The position numbers and the translations under genes are program-made. Of a stretch of 64,000 nucleotides of DNA, positions 39,301 to 52,165 are shown one piece after another; position 1 is the first letter of the stretch; the number at the start of each line of letters is the position of its first letter. The notes below the pieces were generated by a model, which saw only the letters and a program-made list of their open reading frames with translations, had not been told where the DNA came from and ran no database searches. This stretch comes from Azolla caroliniana (Eukaryota > Plantae > Polypodiophyta): the NCBI GenBank assembly GCA_043228905.1, contig JBHGNT010000033.1, positions 248,518 to 312,517 on the forward strand. Reading direction: 5' to 3'.

Positions 39301-42300
39301 TGAAGAAATTAGAAAATTTGAGGAGGTACTTGAGAAGAGCGTGTGAGTCAATTAAAATGTTCATACCTGTGTCGTGTGATATCGGATTTTTGTGTTCAAA
39401 CATGCTTTTAAAGCTAAGAACGCTAGCTATGATATTGAATTAAAAAATCAAGATATTGAAACTCAGGTCCAGAGACATGAAGAAATTATCCAATTTGAGG
39501 AGGGACTTGAGAAGAGCGCGTGAGTCAATTAAAATGTTCATACCTGGCTCGTGTGATATCGGATTTTTGTGTTCAAACATGCGTATCGAAGCTAACAACG
39601 CTAGCTATGATATAGATTTAAAAAATCCAGAGTCTGAAACTCAGGTCGAGAGACATGAAGAAATTAGCAAATTTGAGGAGGGACTTGAGAAGAGCGCGTG
39701 AGTCAATTAAAATGTTCATACCTGACTCGTGTGATATCGGATTTTCGTGTTCAAACATGCGTATCGAAGCTAACCACACTAGCTATGATATAGAATTAAA
39801 AAATCGAGATTCTGAAACTCAGGTCGAGAGACATGAAGAAATTAGCAAATTTGAGGAGGGACTTGAGAAGAGCGCGTGAGTCAATTAAAATGTTCATACC
39901 TGACTCGTGTGATATCGGATTTTCGTGTTCAAACATGCGTATCGAAGCTAACAACACTAGCTATGATATCGAATTAAAAAATCGAGATTCTGAAACTCAG
40001 GTCGAGAGACATGAAGAAATTAGAAAATTTGAGGAGGTACTTGAGAAGAGCGTGTGAGTCAATTAAAATGTTCATACCTGTGTCGTGTGATATCGGATTT
40101 TTGTGTTCAAACATGCGTATCGAAGCTAACAACGCTAGCTATCATATAGAATTAAAAAATCAAGATTTTGAAACTCAGGTCGAGAGACATGAAGAAATTA
40201 GCAAATTTGAGGAGGGACTTGAGAAGAGCGAGTGAGTCAATTAAAATGTTCATACCTGACTCGTGTGATATCGGATTTTCGTGTTCAAACATGCGTATCG
40301 AAGCTAACAACACTAGCTATGATATCGAATTAAAAAATCGAGATTCTGAAACTCAGGTCGAGAGACATGAAGAAATTAGAAAATTTGAGGAGGTACTTGA
40401 GAAGAGCGTGTGAGTCAATTAAAATGTTCATACCTGTGTCGTGTGATATCGGATTTTTGTGTTCAAACATGCTTTTAAAGCTAAGAACGCTAGCTATGAT
40501 ATTGAATTAAAAAATCAAGATTTCGAAACTCAGGTCCAGAGACATGAAAAAATTATCCAATTTGAGGAGGGACTTGAGAAGAGCGCGTGAGTCAATTAAA
40601 ATGTTCATACCTGGCTCGTGTGATATCGGATTTTTGTGTTCAAACATGCGTATCGAAGCTAACAACGCTAGCTATGATATAGATTTAAAAAATCCAGAGT
40701 CTGAAACTCAGGTCGAGAGACATGAAGAAATTAGCAAATTTGAGGAGGGACTTGAGAAGAGCGCGTGAGTCAATTAAAATGTTCATACCTGACTCGTGTG
40801 ATATCGGATTTTCGTGTTCAAACATGCGTATCGAAGCTAACAACACTAGCTATGATATAGAATTAAAAAATCGAGATTCTGAAACTCAGGTCGAGAGACA
40901 TGAAGAAATTAGCAAATTTGAGGAGGGACTTGAGAAGAGCGCGTGAGTCAATTAAAATGTTCATACCTGACTCGTGTGATATCGGATTTTCGTGTTCAAA
41001 CATGCGTATCGAAGCTAACAACACTAGCTATGATATCGAATTAAAAAATCGAGATTCTGAAACTCAGGTCGAGAGACATGAAGAAATTAGAAAATTTGAG
41101 GAGGTACTTGAGAAGAGCGTGTGAGTCAATTAAAATGTTCATACCTGTGTCGTGTGATATCGGATTTTTGTGTTCAAACATGCGTATCGAAGCTAACAAC
41201 GCTAGCTATCATATAGAATTAAAAAATCAAGATTTTGAAACTCAGGTCGAGAGACATGAAGAAATTAGCAAATTTGAGGAGGGACTTGAGAAGAGCGAGT
41301 GAGTCAATTAAAATGTTCATACCTGGCTCGTGTGATATCGGATTTTTGTGTTCAAACATGCGTATCGAAGCTAACAACACTAGCTATGATATCGAATTAA
41401 AAAATCGGAATTCTGAAACTCAGGTCGAGAGACATGAAGAAATTAGCAAATTTGAGGAGGGACTTGAGAAGAGCGCGTGAGTCAATTAAAATGTTCATAC
41501 CTGGCTCGTGTGATATCGGATTTTTGTGTTCAAACATGCGTATCGAAGCTAACAACGCTAGCTATGACATAGAATTAAAAAATCAAGATTTTGAAACTCA
41601 GGTCGAGAGACATGAAGAAATTAGCAAATTTGAGGAGGGACTTGAGAAGAGCGAGTGAGTCAATTAAAATGTTCATACCTGGCTCGTGTGATATCGGATT
41701 TTTGTGTTCAAACATGCGTATCGAAGCTAACAACGCTAGCTATGATATAGAATTAAAAAATCGAGATTCTGAAACTCAGGTCGAGAGACATGAAGAAATT
41801 AGAAAATTTGAGGAGGGACTTGAGAAGAGCGCGTGAGTCAATTAAAATGTTCATACCTGACTCGTGTGATATCGGATTTTCGTGTTCAAACATGCGTATC
41901 GAAGCTAACAACACTAGCTATGATATCGAATTAAAAAATCGAGATTCTGAAACTCAGGTCGAGAGACATGAAGAAATTAGAAAATTTGAGGAGGTACTTG
42001 AGAAGAGCGTGTGAGTCAATTAAAATGTTCATACCTGTGTCGTGTGATATCGGATTTTTGTGTTCAAACATGCGTATCGAAGCTAACAACGCTAGCTATG
42101 ATATAGAATTAAAAAATCAAAATTTTGAAACTCAGGTCGAGACCCATGAAGAAATTAGCAAATTTGAGGAGGGACTTGAGAAGAGCGAGTGAGTCAATTA
42201 AAATGTTCATACCTGGCTCGTGTGCTATCGGATTTTTGTGTTCAAACATGCGTATCGAAGCTAACAACACTAGCTATGATATCGAATTAAAAAATCGGAA

Positions 42301-42500
42301 TTCTGAAACTCAGGTCGAGAGACATGAAGAAATTAGAAAATTTGAGGAGGTACTTGAGAAGAGCGTGTGAGTCAATTAAAATGTTCATACCTGTGTCGTG
42401 TGATATCGGATTTTTGTGTTCAAACATGCGTATCGAAGCTAACAACGCTAGCTATGTTATAGAATTAAAAAATCAAGCTTCTGAAACTCAGGTCGAGACC
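33400..42500 (+). repeat. Tandem duplication with a 4270-bp period (24-mer). The second copy contains an extra 711-bp 4-mer, so the offset becomes 4981. A 1067-bp 6-mer is nested inside.
   Basis: Offsets 33607/37877, 34475/38745 and 34852/39122 are 4270. 38745/39456 is 711. 35030/40011, 36254/41235 and 37343/42324 are 4981. 34852/35919 and 35030/36097 are 1067. Confidence 0.88.
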
Positions 42501-45500
42501 CATGAAGAAATTAGCAAATTTGAGGAGGGACTTGAGAAGAGCGAGTGAGTCAATTAAAATGTTCATACCTGGCTCGTGTGCTATCGGATTTTTGTGTTCA
42601 AACATGCGTATCGAAGCTAACAACACTAGCTATGATATCGAATTAAAAAATCGGAATTCTGAAACTCAGGTCGAGAGACATGAAGAAATTAGAAAATTTG
42701 AGGAGGTACTTGAGAAGAGCGTGTGAGTCAATTAAAATGTTCATACCTGTGTCGTGTGATATCGGATTTTTGTGTTCAAACATGCGTATCGAAGCTAACA
42801 ACGCTAGCTATGTTATAGAATTAAAAAATCAAGCTTCTGAAACTCAGGTCGAGAACCATGAAGAAATTAGCAAATTTGAGGAGGGACTTGAGAAGAGCGC
42901 GTGAGTCAATTAAAATGTTCATACCTGTGTCGTGTGATATCGGATTTTTGTGTTCAAACATGCGTATCGAAGCTAAGAACGCTAGCTATCATATAGAATT
43001 AAAAAATCAAGATTTTGAAACTCAGGTCGAGAGACATGAAGAAATTAGCAAATTTGCAAATTTGAGGAGGGACTTCAGAAGAGCGAGTGAGTCAATTAAA
43101 ATGTTCATACCTGGCTCGTGTGATATCGGATTTTTGTGTTCAAACATGCGTATCGAAGCTAACAACGCTAGCTATGATATAGAATTAAAAAATCGAGATT
43201 CTGAAACTCAGGTCGAGAGACATGAAGAAATTAGCAAATTTGAGGAGGGACTTGAGAAGAGCGCGTGAGTCAATTAAAATGTTCATACCTGGCTCGTGTG
43301 ATATCGGATTTTTGTGTTCAAACATGCGTATCGAAGCTAACAACGCTAGCTATGATATAGAATTAAAAAATCCAGATTTTGAAACTCAGGTCGAGAGACA
43401 TGAAGAAATTAGCAAATTTGAGGAGGGACTTGAGAAGAGCGAGTGAGTCAATTAAAATGTTCATACCTGGCTCGTGTGATATCGGATTTTTGTGTTCAAA
43501 CATGCGTATCGAAGCTAACAACGCTAGCTATGATATAGAATTAAAAAATCGAGATTCTGAAACTCAGGTCGAGAGACATGAAGAAATTAGAAAATTTGAG
43601 GAGGGACTTGAGAAGAGCGCGTGAGTCAATTAAAATGTTCATACCTGACTCGTGTGATATCGGATTTTCGTGTTCAAACATGTGTATCGAAGCTAACAAC
43701 ACTAGCTATGATATCGAATTAAAAAATCGAGATTCTGAAACTCAGGTCGAGAGACATGAAGAAATTAGAAAATTTGAGGAGGTACTTGAGAAGAGCGAGT
43801 GAGTCAATTAAAATGTTCATACCTGGCTCGTGTGATATCGGATTTTTGTGTTCAAACATGCGTATCGAAGCTAACAACGCTAGCTATGATATAGAATTAA
43901 AAAATCGAGATTCTGAAACTCAGGTCGAGAGACATGAAGAAATTAGAAAATTTGAGGAGGGACTTGAGAAGAGCGCGTGAGTCAATTAAAATGTTCATAC
44001 CTGACTCGTGTGATATCGGATTTTCGTGTTCAAACATGCGTATCGAAGCTAACAACACTAGCTATGATATCGAATTAAAAAATCGAGATTCTGAAACTCA
44101 GGTCGAGAGACATGAAGAAATTAGAAAATTTGAGGAGGTACTTGAGAAGAGCGTGTGAGTCAATTAAAATGTTCATACCTGTGTCGTGTGATATCGGATT
44201 TTTGTGTTCAAACATGCGTATCGAAGCTAACAACGCTAGCTATGATATAGAATTAAAAAATCAAAATTTTGAAACTCAGGTCGAGACCCATGAAGAAATT
44301 AGCAAATTTGAGGAGGGACTTGAGAAGAGCGAGTGAGTCAATTAAAATGTTCATACCTGGCTCGTGTGCTATCGGATTTTTGTGTTCAAACATGCGTATC
44401 GAAGCTAACAACACTAGCTATGATATCGAATTAAAAAATCGGAATTCTGAAACTCAGGTCGAGAGACATGAAGAAATTAGAAAATTTGAGGAGGTACTTG
44501 AGAAGAGCGTGTGAGTCAATTAAAATGTTCATACCTGTGTCGTGTGATATCGGATTTTTGTGTTCAAACATGCGTATCGAAGCTAACAACGCTAGCTATG
44601 TTATAGAATTAAAAAATCAAGCTTCTGAAACTCAGGTCGAGACCCATGAAGAAATTAGCAAATTTGAGGAGGGACTTGAGAAGAGCGAGTGAGTCAATTA
44701 AAATGTTCATACCTGGCTCGTGTGCTATCGGATTTTTGTGTTCAAACATGCGTATCGAAGCTAACAACACTAGCTATGATATCGAATTAAAAAATCGGAA
44801 TTCTGAAACTCAGGTCGAGAGACATGAAGAAATTAGAAAATTTGAGGAGGTACTTGAGAAGAGCGTGTGAGTCAATTAAAATGTTCATACCTGTGTCGTG
44901 TGATATCGGATTTTTGTGTTCAAACATGCGTATCGAAGCTAACAACGCTAGCTATGTTATAGAATTAAAAAATCAAGCTTCTGAAACTCAGGTCGAGAAC
45001 CATGAAGAAATTAGCAAATTTGAGGAGGGACTTGAGAAGAGCGCGTGAGTCAATTAAAATGTTCATACCTGTGTCGTGTGATATCGGATTTTTGTGTTCA
45101 AACATGCGTATCGAAGCTAAGAACGCTAGCTATCATATAGAATTAAAAAATCAAGATTTTGAAACTCAGGTCGAGAGACATGAAGAAATTAGCAAATTTG
45201 CAAATTTGAGGAGGGACTTCAGAAGAGCGAGTGAGTCAATTAAAATGTTCATACCTGGCTCGTGTGATATCGGATTTTTGTGTTCAAACATGCGTATCGA
45301 AGCTAACAACGCTAGCTATGATATAGAATTAAAAAATCGAGATTCTGAAACTCAGGTCGAGAGACATGAAGAAATTAGCAAATTTGAGGAGGGACTTGAG
45401 AAGAGCGCGTGAGTCAATTAAAATGTTCATACCTGGCTCGTGTGATATCGGATTTTTGTGTTCAAACATGCGTATCGAAGCTAACAACGCTAGCTATGAT

Positions 45501-47200
45501 ATAGAATTAAAAAATCAAAATTTTGAAACTCAGGTCGAGACCCATGAAGAAATTAGCAAATTTGAGGAGGGACTTGAGAAGAGCGAGTGAGTCAATTAAA
45601 ATGTTCATACCTGGCTCGTGTGCTATCGGATTTTTGTGTTCAAACATGCGTATCGAAGCTAACAACACTAGCTATGATATCGAATTAAAAAATCGGAATT
45701 CTGAAACTCAGGTCGAGAGACATGAAGAAATTAGAAAATTTGAGGAGGTACTTGAGAAGAGCGTGTGAGTCAATTAAAATGTTCATACCTGTGTCGTGTG
45801 ATATCGGATTTTTGTGTTCAAACATGCGTATCGAAGCTAACAACGCTAGCTATGTTATAGAATTAAAAAATCAAGCTTCTGAAACTCAGGTCGAGACCCA
45901 TGAAGAAATTAGCAAATTTGAGGAGGGACTTGAGAAGAGCGAGTGAGTCAATTAAAATGTTCATACCTGGCTCGTGTGCTATCGGATTTTTGTGTTCAAA
46001 CATGCGTATCGAAGCTAACAACACTAGCTATGATATCGAATTAAAAAATCGGAATTCTGAAACTCAGGTCGAGAGACATGAAGAAATTAGAAAATTTGAG
46101 GAGGTACTTGAGAAGAGCGTGTGAGTCAATTAAAATGTTCATACCTGTGTCGTGTGATATCGGATTTTTGTGTTCAAACATGCGTATCGAAGCTAACAAC
46201 GCTAGCTATGTTATAGAATTAAAAAATCAAGCTTCTGAAACTCAGGTCGAGAACCATGAAGAAATTAGCAAATTTGAGGAGGGACTTGAGAAGAGCGCGT
46301 GAGTCAATTAAAATGTTCATACCTGTGTCGTGTGATATCGGATTTTTGTGTTCAAACATGCGTATCGAAGCTAAGAACGCTAGCTATCATATAGAATTAA
46401 AAAATCAAGATTTTGAAACTCAGGTCGAGAGACATGAAGAAATTAGCAAATTTGCAAATTTGAGGAGGGACTTCAGAAGAGCGAGTGAGTCAATTAAAAT
46501 GTTCATACCTGGCTCGTGTGATATCGGATTTTTGTGTTCAAACATGCGTATCGAAGCTAACAACGCTAGCTATGATATAGAATTAAAAAATCGAGATTCT
46601 GAAACTCAGGTCGAGAGACATGAAGAAATTAGCAAATTTGAGGAGGGACTTGAGAAGAGCGCGTGAGTCAATTAAAATGTTCATACCTGGCTCGTGTGAT
46701 ATCGGATTTTTGTGTTCAAACATGCGTATCGAAGCTAACAACGCTAGCTATGATATAGAATTAAAAAATCCAGATTTTGAAACTCAGGTCGAGAGACATG
46801 AAGAAATTAGCAAATTTGAGGAGGGACTTGAGAAGAGCGAGTGAGTCAATTAAAATGTTCATACCTGGCTCGTGTGATATCGGATTTTTGTGTTCAAACA
46901 TGCGTATCGAAGCTAACAACGCTAGCTATGATATAGAATTAAAAAATCGAGATTCTGAAACTCAGGTCGAGAGACATGAAGAAATTAGAAAATTTGAGGA
47001 GGGACTTGAGAAGAGCGCGTGAGTCAATTAAAATGTTCATACCTGACTCGTGTGATATCGGATTTTCGTGTTCAAACATGTGTATCGAAGCTAACAACAC
47101 TAGCTATGATATCGAATTAAAAAATCGAGATTCTGAAACTCAGGTCGAGAGACATGAAGAAATTAGAAAATTTGAGGAGGTACTTGAGAAGAGCGTGTGA
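41650..47200 (+). repeat. Nested HORs marked by a 186-bp monomer: 2144-bp 12-mer, 1254-bp 7-mer and internal 356-bp dimer
   Basis: Offsets 41790/43934, 42125/44269 and 42858/45002 are 2144 (12x178+8). 44269/45523 and 45002/46256 are 1254 (7x178+8). 42324/42680 is 356. 43578/46976 is 3398 (2144+1254). Confidence 0.88.
43036..43221 (+). repeat. 186-bp variant monomer with an 8-bp duplication GCAAATTT (copies also at about 45192, 46443 and 48768)
   Basis: TTAGCAAATTTGCAAATTTGAGG at 43045-43067. Because 186 is divisible by 3, this variant produces the 125-136 aa ORFs. Confidence 0.92.
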
Positions 47201-49149
47201 GTCAATTAAAATGTTCATACCTGTGTCGTGTGATATCGGATTTTTGTGTTCAAACATGCGTATCGAAGCTAACAACGCTAGCTATGATATAGAATTAAAA
47301 AATCAAGATTTTGAAACTCAGGTCGAGAGACATGAAGAAATTAGCAAATTTGAGGAGGGACTTTAGAAGAGCGCGTGAGCAAATTAAAATGTTCATACCT
47401 GGCTCGTGTGATATCGGATTTTTGTGTTCAAACATGCGTATCGAAGATAACAACACTAGCTATGATATCGAATTAAAAAATCGGAATTCTGAAACTCAGG
47501 TCGAGAGACATGAAGAAATTAGCAAATTTGAGGAGGGACTTGAGAAGAGCGCGTGAGTCAATTAAAATGTTCATACCTGGCTCGTGTGATATCGGATTTT
47601 TGTGTTCAAACATGCGTATCGAAGCTAACAACGCTAGCTATGATATAGAATTAAAAAATCAAGATTTTGAAACTCAGGTCGAGAGACATGAAGAAATTAG
47701 CAAATTTGAGGAGGGACTTGAGAAGAGCGAGTGAGTCAATTAAAATGTTCATACCTGGCTCGTGTGATATCGGATTTTTGTGTTCAAACATGGGTATCGA
47801 AGCTAACAACGCTAGCTATGATATAGAATTAAAAAATCGAGATTCTGAAACTCAGGTCGAGAGACATGAAGAAATTAGAAAATTTGAGGAGGGACTTGAG
47901 AAGAGCGCGTGAGTCAATTAAAATGTTCATACCTGACTCGTGTGATATCGGATTTTCGTGTTCAAACATGCGTATCGAAGCTAACAACACTAGCTATGAT
48001 ATCGAATTAAAAAATCGAGATTCTGAAACTCAGGTCGAGAGACATGAAGAAATTAGAAAATTTGAGGAGGTACTTGAGAAGAGCGTGTGAGTCAATTAAA
48101 ATGTTCATACCTGTGTCGTGTGATATCGGATTTTTGTGTTCAAACATGCGTATCGAAGCTAACAACGCTAGCTATGATATAGAATTAAAAAATCAAGATT
48201 TTGAAACTCAGGTCGAGACCCATGAAAAAATTAGCAAATTTGAGGAGGGACTTGAGAAGAGCGAGTGAGTCAATTAAAATGTTCATACCTGGCTCGTGTG
48301 CTATCGGATTTTTGTGTTCAAACATGCGTATCGAAGCTAACAACACTAGCTATGATATCGAATTAAAAAATCGGAATTCTGAAACTCAGGTCGAGAGACA
48401 TGAAGAAATTAGAAAATTTGAGGAGGTACTTGAGAAGAGCGTGTGAGTCAATTAAAATGTTCATACCTGTGTCGTGTGATATCGGATTTTTGTGTTCAAA
48501 CATGCGTATCGAAGCTAACAACGCTAGCTATGTTATAGAATTAAAAAATCAAGCTTCTGAAACTCAGGTCGACAACCATGAAGAAATTAGCAAATTTTAG
48601 GAGGGACTTGAGAAGAGCGCGTGAGTCAATTAAAATGTTCATACCTGTGTCGTGTGATATCGGATTTTTGTGTTCAAACATGCGTATCGAAGCTAACAAC
48701 GCTAGCTATCATATAGAATTAAAAAATGAAGATTTTGAAACTCAGGTCGAGAGACATGAAGAAATTAGCAAATTTGCAAATTTGAGGAGGGACTTGAGAA
48801 GAGCGAGTGAGTCAATTAAAATGTTCATACCTGGCTCGTGTGATATCGGATTTTTGTGTTCAAACATGCGTATCGAAGCTAACAACGCTAGCTATGATAT
48901 AGAATTAAAAAATCGAGATTCTGAAACTCAGGTCGAGAGACATGAAGAAATTTGAAAATTTGAGGAGGGACTTGAGAAGAGCGCGTGAGTCAATTAAAAT
49001 GTTCATACCTGACTCGTGTGATATCGGATTTTCGTGTTCAAACATGCGTATCGAAGCTAACAACACTAGCTATGATATCGAATTAAAAAATCGAGATTCT
49101 GAAACTCAGGTCGAGAGACATGAAGAAATTAGAAAATTTGAGGAGGTAC

Positions 49150-50210
49150 TTGAGAAGAGCGTGTGAGTCAATTAAAATGTTCATACCTGTGTCGTGTGAT
49201 ATCGGATTTTTGTGTTCAAACATGCTTTTAAAGCTAAGAACGCTAGCTATGATATTGAATTAAAAAATCAAGATTTCGAAACTCAGGTCCAGAGACATGA
49301 AAAAATTATCCAATTTGAGGAGGGACTTGAGAAGAGCGCGTGAGTCAATTAAAATGTTCATACCTGGCTCGTGTGATATCGGATTTTTGTGTTCAAACAT
49401 GCGTATCGAAGCTAACAACGCTAACTATGATATAGATTTAAAAAATCCAGAGTCTGAAACTCAGGTCGAGAGACATGAAGAAATTAGCAAATTTGAGGAG
49501 GGACTTGAGAAAAGCGCGTGAGTCAATTAAAATGTTCATACCTGTGTCGTGTGATATCGGATTTTGGTGTTCAAACATGCTTTTAAAGCTAAGAACGCTA
49601 GCTATGATATTGAATTAAAAAATCAAGATTTCGAAACTCAGGTCCAGAGACATGAAGAAATTATCCAATTTGAGGAGGGACTTGAGAAGAGCGCGTGAGT
49701 CAATTAAAATGTTCATACCTGGCTCGTGTGATATCGGATTTTTGTGTTCAAACATGCGTATCGAAGCTAACAACGCTAGCTATGATATAGATTTAAAAAA
49801 TCCAGAGTCTAAAACTCAGGTCGAGAGACATGAAGAAATTAGCAAATTTGAGGAGGGACTTGAGAAAAGCGCGTGAGTCAATTAAAATGTTCATACCTGT
49901 GTCGTGTGATATCGGATTTTGGTGTTCAAACATGCTTTTAAAGCTAAGAACGCTAGCTATGATATTGAATTAAAAAATCAAGATTTCGAAACTCAGGTCC
50001 AGAGACATGAAGAAATTATCCAATTTGAGGAGGGACTTGAGAAGAGCGCGTGAGTCAATTAAAATGTTCATACCTGGCTCGTGTGATATCGGATTTTTGT
50101 GTTCAAACATGCGTATCGAAGCTAACAACGCTAGCTATGATATAGATTTAAAAAATCCAGAGTCTAAAACTCAGGTCGAGAGACATGAAGAAATTAGCAA
50201 ATTTGAGGAG
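49150..50210 (+). repeat. Dimer HOR, 355-bp period (177+178), three copies
   Basis: ORF starts fall at 49297/49652/50007. Shared alleles GAGAAAAGCG and TTTTGGTGTT occur at about 49507/49862 and 49562/49917. Confidence 0.88.
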
Positions 50211-52165
50211 GGAGTGAAGAAGAGCCAGTGAGTCAATTAAAATGTTCATACCTGGCTCGTGTGATATCGGATTTTCGTGTTCAAACATGCGTATCGAAGC
50301 TAACAACACTAGCTATGATATCGAATTAAAAAATCGAGATTCTGAAACTCAGGTCGACAGACATGAAGAAATTAGAAAATTTGAGGAGGTACTTGAGAAG
50401 AGCGCGTGAGTCAATTAAAATGTTCATACCTGGCTCGTGTGATATCGGATTTTTGTGTTCAAACATGCGTATCGAAGCTAACAACGCTACCTATGATATA
50501 GATTTAAAAAATCCAGAGTCTCAAACTCAGGTCGAGAGACATGAAGAAATTAGCAAATTTGAGGAGGGACTTGAGAAGAGCGCGTGAGTCAATTAAAATG
50601 TTCATACCTGGCTAGTGTGATATCGGATTTTTGTGTTCAAACATGCGTATCGAAGCTAACAACGCTAGCTATGATCTAGAATTAAAAAATGAAGATTTTG
50701 AAACTCAGGTCGAGAGACATGAAGAAATTAGCAAATTTGAGGAGGGACTTGAGAAGAGCGAGTGAGTCAATTAAAATGTTCATACCTGGCTCGTGTGATA
50801 TCGGATTTTTGTGTTCAAACATGCGTATCGAAGCTAACAACGCTAGCTATGATATAGAATTAAAAAATCGAGATTCTGAAACTCAGGTCGAGAGACATGA
50901 AGAAATTAGGAAATTTGAGGAGGGAGTGAAGAAGAGCCAGTGAGTCAATTAAAATGTTCATACCTGGCTCGTGTGATATCGGATTTTTGTGTTCAAACAT
51001 GCGTATCGAAGCTAACAACGCTAGCTATGATATAGAATTAAAAAATCTAGATTTTGATACTCAGGTCGAGAGGCATGAAGAAATTAGCAAATTTGAGGAG
51101 GGAGTGAAGAAGAGCCAGTGAGTCAATTAAAATGTTCATACCTGGCTCGTGTGATATCGGATTTTCGTGTTCAAACATGCGTATCGAAGCTAACAACACT
51201 AGCTATGATATCGAATTAAAAAATCGAGATTCTGAAACTCAGGTCGAGAGACATGAAGAAATTAGAAAATTTGAGGAGGTACTTGAGAAGAGCGCGTGAG
51301 TCAATTAAAATGTTCATACCTGGCTCGTGTGATATCGGATTTTTGTGTTCAAACATGCGTATCGAAGCTAACAACGCTACCTATGATATAGATTTAAAAA
51401 ATCCAGAGTCTCAAACTCAGGTCGAGAGACATGAAGAAATTAGCAAATTTGAGGAGGGACTTGAGAAGAGCGCGTGAGTCAATTAAAATGTTCATACCTG
51501 GCTAGTGTGATATCGGATTTTTGTGTTCAAACATGCGTATCGAAGTTAACAACGCTAGCTATGATCTAGAATTAAAAAATGAAGATTTTGAAACTCAGGT
51601 CGAGAGACATGAAGAAATTAGCAAATTTGAGGAGGGACTTGAGAAGAGCGAGTGAGTCAATTAAAATGTTCATACCTGGCTCGTGTGATATCGGATTTTT
51701 GTGTTCAAACATGCGTATCGAAGCTAACAACGCTAGCTATGATATAGAATTAAAAAATCGAGATTCTGAAACTCAGGTCCAGAGACATGAAGAAATTAGG
51801 AAATTTGAGGAGGGAGTGAAGAAGAGCCAGTGAGTCAATTAAAATGTTCATACCTGGCTCGTGTGATATCGGATTTTTGTGTTCAAACATGCGTATCGAA
51901 GCTAACAACGCTAGCTATGATATAGAATTAAAAAATCTAGATTTTGATACTCAGGTCGAGAGGCATGAAGAAATTAGCAAATTTGAGGAGGGAGTGAAGA
52001 AGAGCCAGTGAGTCAATTAAAATGTTCATACCTGGCTCGTGTGATATCGGATTTTCGTGTTCAAACATGCGTATCGAAGCTAACAACACTAGCTATGATA
52101 TCGAATTAAAAAATCGGGATTCTGAAACTCAGGTCGAGAGACATGAAGAAATTAGAAAATTTGAG
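50200..52165 (+). repeat. 5-mer HOR, 890-bp period, about 2.2 copies; a further copy lies 3380 bp downstream (about 53370-54590)
   Basis: Offsets 50363/51253 and 50689/51579 are 890. 50363/53743 and 50689/54069 are 3380. A shared allele is GAGAGGCATG. Confidence 0.88.

Noticed and set aside
42858-48955. Longer 125-136 aa ORFs as a distinct gene
   Set aside because: They result solely from the 8-bp duplication, which makes a 186-bp monomer and fuses two repeat frames.
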